A stretch of 64,000 nucleotides of DNA from a virus, in the UHGV virus genome UHGV-0072281; one strand, given 5' to 3'. Shown here piece by piece: positions 57,242-64,000 of the stretch. Under the pieces are notes generated by a model that did no database searches, was not told where the DNA came from, and saw only the letters and a program-made list of their open reading frames with translations. Within the stretch, counting starts at the first letter, position 1, and each line of letters begins with the position of its first letter. The position numbers were made by a program, and so were the translations under genes.

Positions 57242-58207
57242 TCAGCGTGGGCCTGAAGTTGGGCCATGGACGCCGTCATGGATGTGTACGCTGAAGGTAA
57301 TACCGGAAATAACCGCATCCTTAACCGTAAAGATACCCACGCCTTCGCCCGTACCACCGTATTTGAAGTTCTTAGCAACTTCCAAATTACCGGTGAACAT
57401 CGCTTCTTTACCTTCTTGCTTAAAGTTCGGCGTTTTATACGTTGTTGAACCAGAAGCTTCAGTTAGCCAGGTTTCTGTTTTAAAGGTGACCGATTTCGAC
57501 GCTTCGGTATTCCGAACTTCGCATTTCTCATTAATCGTTTTCGTTTCCAGGTTAATCGAACGTTTTGCGTAAATGAATGCATCTTCTTTATTGATGTTCA
57601 CTTTTGAAAGCATCGCGTTCTCAAAACCTAAATCGTCTTCCACCGAGTTAATGTAATACTTATTCCCTTTATGGTCAACGCACTGCCACGACCCGTTAGC
57701 GTTATCGAATTGGAATAACCACGCCGCTTTCTCCCCATTCACCATACTTGTTCTTAGGGTAACGTGTTTGTCAATCGTTGAGACGTTTAACACATACGCG
57801 TTCGACAAGTCATCCGCCATCTGGTTTTCAGGGTCAGCCGACCACGCGTAAACCGCATCTTCTAATCGCTTAACGTTAGCGAAATTCAGATCAATCCAAA
57901 AATAAATATCCGTTTTCCCCAAACGTAACAAGATAACGTAATCTTCTCGTTTAACGTCAGGGGAATTAATTCGGTTGGAGTTAAACTTCCACCACTTTGC
58001 CGTTATCGTGTTACCCGTCTTAATGGTTAGGTTATCTGTTGCACCAGATGTTTCATGCGTCTTTTCAGTTGCTGAAGAAACAGATTGTACCACGGTAGGG
58101 TTAGCAAAGTTAGTTTCAATTGGTATCACTTTTACCCGATCTGTACCACGGGGTTTGTCTTCCGCGACGATACCAATTGAGAAAAAATCAACGCTGGATT
58201 TCTCCAT
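57242..58207 (-). CDS. Hypothetical protein
   Basis: 321-aa ORF on minus strand. Confidence 0.55.
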   Translation of the reverse strand: MEKSSVDFFSIGIVAEDKPRGTDRVKVIPIETNFANPTVVQSVSSATEKTHETSGATDNLTIKTGNTITAKWWKFNSNRINSPDVKREDYVILLRLGKTDIYFWIDLNFANVKRLEDAVYAWSADPENQMADDLSNAYVLNVSTIDKHVTLRTSMVNGEKAAWLFQFDNANGSWQCVDHKGNKYYINSVEDDLGFENAMLSKVNINKEDAFIYAKRSINLETKTINEKCEVRNTEASKSVTFKTETWLTEASGSTTYKTPNFKQEGKEAMFTGNLEVAKNFKYGGTGEGVGIFTVKDAVISGITFSVHIHDGVHGPTSGPR

Positions 58208-58235
58208 TAGGTCGTTCCTTAGATCGGAAATAGAT

Positions 58236-58290
58236 TCAGATATATTTTACTTAAGTGAATAGGAGCTGAAGTGCGAATTCAGCTCCTATA
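58236..58290 (+). promoter_or_regulatory. Promoter-like motif variant (TCAGATATATTTTAC) plus 11-bp-stem hairpin (taggagctgaa/ttcagctccta)
   Basis: Motif family member; sits in divergent intergenic region. Confidence 0.4.
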
Positions 58291-58595
58291 GGCACGTTTC
58301 TTTCGAAACGGAGTTACCACGTGATTAAGAGACAGACCAATGTCTACTGAGAAGAAAAGCGGATTGGACGAAGTCATCGAACTGTTCAAACGCTACAACC
58401 CAGCTATTCCTCGGTAATCATAGTATTACTTAAAATTTACAGATTGTCCCTTTATTCTGCTACTCGGGATACCGGTAGGGGGTAGGGGGCAATATGTATA
58501 CGGATATAAATAGCGGAGGTATACGTAGTATACCGACATACTCTTCCCAGAGGAACGTAGTGACTTCCTTATTCCAGTTTAGGAGAATAAACCCC

Positions 58596-59330
58596 ATGAG
58601 AGAATTATTAGACGATATCTTTACCAACACCAGTTTAGAACTTTCTTCTACGCTGGTTAACGAGCTAATAAAACAATACCAACCTGCTAAGTTAATCTCT
58701 GTCTGGATAGTTAAACCCGAAGAATATCCAGACAGTGACATTATCGACTGTATGATTGACGAATACGCTATAGGCAGTTACGCCAACCAGATCTACTTTA
58801 TTCTTAATACCGAAACCAGCATCATGTTAATCTATAAGTTGATCAGTGACGCCGAACTTGAAGTTGTGGCTGACCACATTCGTCTTCTTGCGAATGCGCC
58901 TACTGGTTACAAAGTTGCGCTTATTGGTGACGGTTGGCCTTTGCCACCGCTATTCACTTACTTCCCTCTGTTTAAACATGGGATAGGGTTACTCCGTCAT
59001 GCAGAAAATCTTCCCGATAACGTAGAGTTATCACTGCTTGGGCCCGGCATCGATCTTTATCCATTAAAAGACGAGGGCACGCTATATGGTTTGCGCATCT
59101 ATGTTTCTGTGTTAAAGGGATACCGCGTTATTGAATTGATTGCATCAGACTTAGCAAAACAGATCCCCGAAGCAGAAACGATTTCTAAAGCCACCCACCT
59201 GGTTGAAATTAACCCGGACGATCCGTTATTACGGTATCACAAAGAAATTGACCTTCGTAAAATCGCCACGATAAGAGGATGGGATTGTGCTGAGATTACG
59301 AATAATAACCTGTTACTAGTACGTAAGTAA
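58596..59330 (+). CDS. Hypothetical protein (possible member of tandem paralogue family)
   Basis: ATG 58596 with AGGAG RBS (track begins 58494); C-terminus GW...NNNLLLV loosely matches family motif. Confidence 0.5.
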   Translation: MRELLDDIFTNTSLELSSTLVNELIKQYQPAKLISVWIVKPEEYPDSDIIDCMIDEYAIGSYANQIYFILNTETSIMLIYKLISDAELEVVADHIRLLANAPTGYKVALIGDGWPLPPLFTYFPLFKHGIGLLRHAENLPDNVELSLLGPGIDLYPLKDEGTLYGLRIYVSVLKGYRVIELIASDLAKQIPEAETISKATHLVEINPDDPLLRYHKEIDLRKIATIRGWDCAEITNNNLLLVRK

Positions 59331-59350
59331 AAAACCTAAAGGAGAATAAA

Positions 59351-59908
59351 ATGTCTACTATTGAACTGAAACAACAAGTTATTGGGTTTATTAAGCTGGG
59401 TACAGGTAAACACCGACTTGATTATCCTTGCGTTATACAGTCTAACATTATCCCGGTCGATACAATGATTACCGGTCTTCAGGTTGAAGAATTTGATGGA
59501 GATGCTGTGGTTTGGGAACGCCATTTCACACGACTTAATTATCGTAAAGTCGGAGATAGTTTTACCGAAATATTCCGTCATCTGTTTTCCGGTACCGGAT
59601 GGAAAGTAACGAGTGCGTTCTACGGTGGCAATGTTGTTACGCTTCTAGACAGAGGAGATGCACGTTATCTCGTGAACTTTACTTTCGCAAGACACTATGC
59701 GTATTTCCCTAACCCTCTTACGTGTACGTTAAGTAACCCAGGAATACTACTAACAGATAAAGAAGCAGACGTTCTACTCGCCGAACTGCGAAAAGACGGT
59801 TGCGACGTTGACGATTGGGAAACATTAATCGCGGTTGCCAAAGCACACGGTTGGTACAGCGTACGTAAAATCGGTCAGCAGTTATTATTCTTAGCTTACC
59901 CTGTTTAA
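59351..59908 (+). CDS. Hypothetical protein, tandem paralogue family
   Basis: 185 aa; C-terminal HGWYSVRKIGQQLLFLA; conserved upstream CCTAAAGGAGAATAAAATG. Confidence 0.6.
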   Translation: MSTIELKQQVIGFIKLGTGKHRLDYPCVIQSNIIPVDTMITGLQVEEFDGDAVVWERHFTRLNYRKVGDSFTEIFRHLFSGTGWKVTSAFYGGNVVTLLDRGDARYLVNFTFARHYAYFPNPLTCTLSNPGILLTDKEADVLLAELRKDGCDVDDWETLIAVAKAHGWYSVRKIGQQLLFLAYPV

Positions 59909-59938
59909 GTAACAAAAAAACCTAAAGGAGAGTAAAAA

Positions 59939-61090
59939 ATGCGAAATATTATTTCTAAACCAGGACATGTCAAGATCCTAAAAGAACTGATGGACAGATG
60001 CTATAATCGGACTTGGCCTCTGCCAAGCTTAACCATCGAGTCTTCATTACAACGCGAGTTGTTTGGTTATAACTTGGGCTGCTGCGTACTGAGTGAATAC
60101 GATGAGATTATCGCGCCTGTCGATGTCTGTACTTACGATGAAGAAATTGAAGGTTACCAGTTCGAGGTTTACACAAATTCTGGACTAAATTACCGTAAAC
60201 TCGTTGTTAGAGAAAAGAGTAGCGGCCGGAAGATTATGTTTAAGGTCTTCCCAAGCGGTAAAGTCAGTAGTTTATGTTTTCAGCTTGAGCAAGTGTCCTT
60301 TCACGGCGCAGCTATTTTAACTAAAGCAGAACGTGCGTTATTAAGCGGGTTAATCGGCTTTGAAGCAAAAACCATCAAAGTAGAACAGGAACTCACACGA
60401 AACGATTTCGGCTCGACCTGGTACGAAAGTTTCTTCCGCTACGAAATTTTAAGTGATAAAGCTATCAAACTCACTTACCGTTCTACCGACGATCTCGTTT
60501 ACCACATTTTAATTAGCGGCGAACCCCATCTGATTATTGAAGACAAAGGAGAAAATCAAATGTCTGGCTTAAGAGACGAATTAGCCCAATTCATTCGTGA
60601 CGTCGAAGAGAAAAGCAAGAGCGATCACATTTTCTCACAACGCTATCCTGAACTTATTGACGAAACCACCGATAGTGTCGTCGATGTTATACGCATTTTC
60701 CCAAGTGGTTTTGCAATCTACCGACTGCCTAGCGTTAATCAGCTTAAAGTCATGGAAATGCTAAAAGACGTTTTAGCAGAAGCGGGTTGGGAATATCGTT
60801 TCGATTGCAATTTCGAAGGGATGGCGTTATTCGTTACAAAGAAAAATTATACGTTGTCAATCGATCTGCCCAAAAGTCAATATTACAGTTTCTTCCCAAA
60901 AGCGTATGACCGCACTGAAAAAGAACCTGCGTTGTTACTCGATGCGGCAGAATCCAATACGCTAATGATGCGTCTGCGGATGGTTGACAAAAAGTTAAAT
61001 ACCGGCCATCTAACGACGATCGGTAAAGATTACGGTTGGAAATCTGTCGAACCGTACGGCAGTCAGCTGCTGTTTGTTGCTGACCTTTAA
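59939..61090 (+). CDS. Hypothetical protein, tandem paralogue family
   Basis: 383 aa; C-terminal YGWKSVEPYGSQLLFVA. Confidence 0.6.
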   Translation: MRNIISKPGHVKILKELMDRCYNRTWPLPSLTIESSLQRELFGYNLGCCVLSEYDEIIAPVDVCTYDEEIEGYQFEVYTNSGLNYRKLVVREKSSGRKIMFKVFPSGKVSSLCFQLEQVSFHGAAILTKAERALLSGLIGFEAKTIKVEQELTRNDFGSTWYESFFRYEILSDKAIKLTYRSTDDLVYHILISGEPHLIIEDKGENQMSGLRDELAQFIRDVEEKSKSDHIFSQRYPELIDETTDSVVDVIRIFPSGFAIYRLPSVNQLKVMEMLKDVLAEAGWEYRFDCNFEGMALFVTKKNYTLSIDLPKSQYYSFFPKAYDRTEKEPALLLDAAESNTLMMRLRMVDKKLNTGHLTTIGKDYGWKSVEPYGSQLLFVADL

Positions 61091-61117
61091 TAAGTAAAAA
61101 TACACTTTCTCTAACTG

Positions 61118-61143
61118 CCGCGCTTTAGTCGCGGCTTTTGTTA
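61118..61143 (+). terminator. Rho-independent terminator (probable)
   Basis: Hairpin gccgcg-ctttagt-cgcggc followed by TTTTGTT. Confidence 0.55.
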
Positions 61144-61157
61144 AGAAGGAAAAAGAA

Positions 61158-61931
61158 ATGAAAATCCATTTAGATCACCTCTTTAAATCTGAACCGTATA
61201 TGGTTAAAGGTTCGCTGGCTTCATTGTTGCTAGACGATAGATTTCATCGAACGCTGCAATTACAATCGGTCGAATCCGCGCCAACAGAAGACGTGGGTCT
61301 TTATCAACGTATCACTTATACACGTGGAGAATATCGGCGATATAAACCTGATACGCTAACCGTTAAGCTCTGGCAAGTGGCCACAGGCAAAGTATTAACT
61401 TATCGCGCTGTTGGTCTGTACTACGTTGAACGTGCCTACGCATGGTTAGAAGAAGTTAAAGAAATGGATTACGACCGTTTAAGCAAAAGACTACGCGATA
61501 ATAACGCCAGTTTACCGCTACGTAATTATTTCTCCACAATTGAAAATAGTCGTTGTTTCGTTTCACGCGAATCCATGATATTGCCTGGGGCTGATGTTCA
61601 GACGACACTAAAAGATGTGGTTGTGAGGAAAATCTTTCATGAATCTGAACACGTTGGATTTCGTATCTATTTAACGCACAAGAGGCCATTTACCGTGATT
61701 CATCTTGTTACCGTACCCGAAGGCTCGGCAGTCGTACGTGAACTTCCTGACGCACGTGACCGTAGCCCTAATGAGCCACTTTACTTAATGTCAGGAACAA
61801 AATCAGAATCTTTGATGTCCCGTTACAGCATGGTTGATGTTGTTGATACTGCTATGAAATTAGGTTGGAAAGAAGTACAGCAACACGGCAAACAATTGCT
61901 GTTTATCGCAGATGTAAATCTCAATAACTAA
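61158..61931 (+). CDS. Hypothetical protein, tandem paralogue family
   Basis: 257 aa; C-terminal LGWKEVQQHGKQLLFIA. Confidence 0.6.
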   Translation: MKIHLDHLFKSEPYMVKGSLASLLLDDRFHRTLQLQSVESAPTEDVGLYQRITYTRGEYRRYKPDTLTVKLWQVATGKVLTYRAVGLYYVERAYAWLEEVKEMDYDRLSKRLRDNNASLPLRNYFSTIENSRCFVSRESMILPGADVQTTLKDVVVRKIFHESEHVGFRIYLTHKRPFTVIHLVTVPEGSAVVRELPDARDRSPNEPLYLMSGTKSESLMSRYSMVDVVDTAMKLGWKEVQQHGKQLLFIADVNLNN

Positions 61932-61943
61932 AGAGGTGGTACC

Positions 61944-62522
61944 GTGTACCGATTAATAGAAATGAGAAAAGACGTTTGGTTGGAAAACCTCGTCGATGGG
62001 GAGCTTGAGGGAATAGAGCTTTCCTTACCAGAGAGAGCGGACACGGTATTGGCCTTTCTGGTAAAACAGGCAGACCGTGAACCGGTAGGAATCTTCACTG
62101 TGGACTATAAAGACCCGCGAGGGATTCATTTACGGAACATTTGCAGTGGTTTGGAAAACTTACCGGCTAATCCGTTCTTAAACTACGCAAAACGTAAACT
62201 CCGACCGGGACAACACCTCTGGGTAACGTTAGCGCCTGACATTAGAATCATGCGTGACGATTACTCGGCGTTTGTACAGGCAACGAAAGTCAGTCTGTAT
62301 AACCCGAACGCAGAGCGTACCGATATGCCGTTTATAATTACCTTAGAAGACGATGGAACGCAAGAAGGTATTGAGGCAATTACGGAATTAGTAAACTCTT
62401 ATCCGGTTGCCACTATCGAGTTAGAAAACCCAGGTCGTTTACAACTGGGTGACCTGCTCGAATGGATTGAACTGAATACAGAATTCTTAATCAATTCTCG
62501 TCAGTATCGATTCGACGTTTAA
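61944..62522 (+). CDS. Hypothetical protein
   Basis: GTG start with AAGAGGTGG RBS. Confidence 0.55.
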   Translation: MYRLIEMRKDVWLENLVDGELEGIELSLPERADTVLAFLVKQADREPVGIFTVDYKDPRGIHLRNICSGLENLPANPFLNYAKRKLRPGQHLWVTLAPDIRIMRDDYSAFVQATKVSLYNPNAERTDMPFIITLEDDGTQEGIEAITELVNSYPVATIELENPGRLQLGDLLEWIELNTEFLINSRQYRFDV

Positions 62523-62526
62523 CAAC

Positions 62527-62560
62527 GGTGGGGTGTAAACCCCACCTTTTATTTTTTGTT
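62527..62560 (+). terminator. Rho-independent terminator
   Basis: Hairpin ggtggggt-gtaa-accccacc followed by T-run. Confidence 0.8.
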
Positions 62561-62580
62561 CTCTAACATTAAAAATAATC

Positions 62581-62620
62581 TCAGATATATATTACTTAGG
62601 TGAGAGTTAAGATTAACTCT
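62581..62620 (+). promoter_or_regulatory. Promoter-like motif TCAGATATATATTAC plus downstream inverted repeat (gagagttaa/ttaactct)
   Basis: Exact motif copy directly after terminator; precedes gene 62652. Confidence 0.5.
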
Positions 62621-62651
62621 TTTACTTGTTAACCCCACGAGGAGAAAAACA

Positions 62652-63113
62652 ATGAAAATTTTCACTTCCTTTTTAATCGTTCTTTTCGCAATCGGATTCA
62701 ATACTGCACACGCTGCAATCAATAGTTGGGAACAACTACAGAACCCAGGTCAGGCTGTTTACGAAATTGAAGACACCGCCGGAAACGGACTGTCTATCAA
62801 CTGTGACACTGAAACTGCGAATCGCAAATTTTACGGTCGCATGGTTTGGTATTACGGGGAACCTGTAGGTGCAACTAACGCTGAAGACAACACGCTGGAT
62901 ATCGTCGTAAATGGCAAAACTTACAACATCCCTACCGTGGATGGTAGTGACAAAGCAGAACACGCTTGGGTGGCTTTCGTTAATGCTATCGGCAATGCCA
63001 AAACTTTCAGTGTGAATATCAACGGAAACGAAGCCGCTAACTTTACCGTAGAAGGTGAACGTCTGTCTGAAACTTTCTTCCAGAACTGTGGACACACCCG
63101 TCCTAACAAATAA
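62652..63113 (+). CDS. Secreted protein (signal peptide)
   Basis: N-terminus MKIFTSFLIVLFAIGFNTAHA-A typical Sec signal with AxA site; GAGGAG RBS. Confidence 0.6.
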   Translation: MKIFTSFLIVLFAIGFNTAHAAINSWEQLQNPGQAVYEIEDTAGNGLSINCDTETANRKFYGRMVWYYGEPVGATNAEDNTLDIVVNGKTYNIPTVDGSDKAEHAWVAFVNAIGNAKTFSVNINGNEAANFTVEGERLSETFFQNCGHTRPNK

Positions 63114-63141
63114 GTATTAATCTTTTTTAGAGTGCGTGAAA

Positions 63142-63528
63142 ATGAATATCAGAACTATACTTTATACCATCATTATTTTCTGTGCAGTCGGTATTACTGC
63201 CACTTATGCTTTCGGTGAATCGGATGTCCGCTATTACGAACCGGCTCCTGACTCACCGATTATCAACCCGGATGAGACGCCTACGTTAATGCGCAGTTTC
63301 GGTAAACTGCAAGTTTATCGTTTAGTGCGTGGTGAAACGTGTACGGGATTGCTCATTGCTGACACTCGTGCACAAGTCTACCAACGTCTGACGGATATCG
63401 CCTGCGAACAACCAAAAGTCATGTCGGTCAGTATTCATCCGTTAGAGGTCGGTAACTATACTGCTGTGGACTTCTTCCATAATGCAGAACTGATTGGTCG
63501 TATTACTTTAAATCGTAGCGCTGAATAA
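63142..63528 (+). CDS. Secreted or membrane-anchored small protein
   Basis: N-terminal hydrophobic segment ILYTIIIFCAVGITATYA; ATG 63142 (track begins GTG 63136). Confidence 0.55.
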   Translation: MNIRTILYTIIIFCAVGITATYAFGESDVRYYEPAPDSPIINPDETPTLMRSFGKLQVYRLVRGETCTGLLIADTRAQVYQRLTDIACEQPKVMSVSIHPLEVGNYTAVDFFHNAELIGRITLNRSAE

Positions 63529-63546
63529 TTTAATGGAGAATTTACA

Positions 63547-64000
63547 ATGAAACGTTTACATACCCTGATGCTCTTCGTGGCTATTCTGTTCACGGGCTTT
63601 AACTTTAACGCAGAAGCGGCTAGTGTAAAACAAGCACTTAGCTGTAACCCGGAAGCCTGGGCTGAACAACCTGGTGCGTGTCCTGATATCAATACGCTCT
63701 ATACCGACGACGCTACTTATAAAGCCGCAATCGATAAAGCGTTGAAACCTGTCGGACTAGACGGGTTATTCGGTAAAGATGGCGTGATGGATGGTCCTGG
63801 CGGCGATGTTTTCCCTGTACAAATCAACGGCAAAGTCTGGCTTGAGTCTACCTCTTGCAAAAGCAATGCTTGTGGTTGGGAATACATCACGACGCTTTAT
63901 AACCCGCAGACCCATGTCGTGGTAGGTTACTATTACAACGTCGACCCAGGTTACCTGGTTTGGTTTGGCGATATCGGCGTTAATGAATTCGCCTATCTGG
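63547..64000 (+). CDS. Secreted protein, 3'-truncated by window edge
   Basis: ATG 63547 with GGAGAA RBS; signal peptide MKRLHTLMLFVAILFTGFNFNAEA; frame open to window end. Confidence 0.55.
   Translation, partial: MKRLHTLMLFVAILFTGFNFNAEAASVKQALSCNPEAWAEQPGACPDINTLYTDDATYKAAIDKALKPVGLDGLFGKDGVMDGPGGDVFPVQINGKVWLESTSCKSNACGWEYITTLYNPQTHVVVGYYYNVDPGYLVWFGDIGVNEFAYL

Noticed and set aside
1-64000. tRNA genes, integrase or transposase, diversity-generating retroelement
   Set aside because: No cloverleaf-compatible intergenic segment, no recombinase or reverse-transcriptase motifs noticed; by-eye tRNA detection is unreliable, so tRNAscan-SE should be run on the short intergenic gaps.

Overview
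The window looks like a gene-dense segment of a large virulent tailed phage (Caudoviricetes) with an unusually elaborate tail-fibre apparatus. The host is probably an enterobacterium (inference from an E. coli-like Dam methylase and mid-range GC judged by eye). All calls are by eye from the sequence and ORF track; no searches were run. Layout: (1) 1-33.9 kb, plus strand: XRE-like regulator, GNAT-like protein, Dam methylase, many small hypotheticals, two tail-fibre genes with small paralogous accessory genes, and a lysis module (GH108 endolysin, 34-aa membrane-type peptide, DUF1353-like protein, M15-like peptidase). (2) 34-55.5 kb, minus strand: four very large fibre/spike-like proteins sharing an N-terminal module, followed by the most interesting locus (33996-40400): three Cys-rich leader-core precursor-like peptides, each next to radical SAM enzymes (two close paralogues plus one SPASM-type), and three unknown proteins. 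This is a putative phage-encoded RiPP-type peptide modification system. (3) 55.5-64 kb, plus strand: a tandem paralogue family and three secreted small proteins. A recurring promoter-like motif TCAGATATATATTAC followed by a variable hairpin precedes several plus-strand gene blocks. No rRNA, tRNA, CRISPR array, integrase or transposase could be supported.
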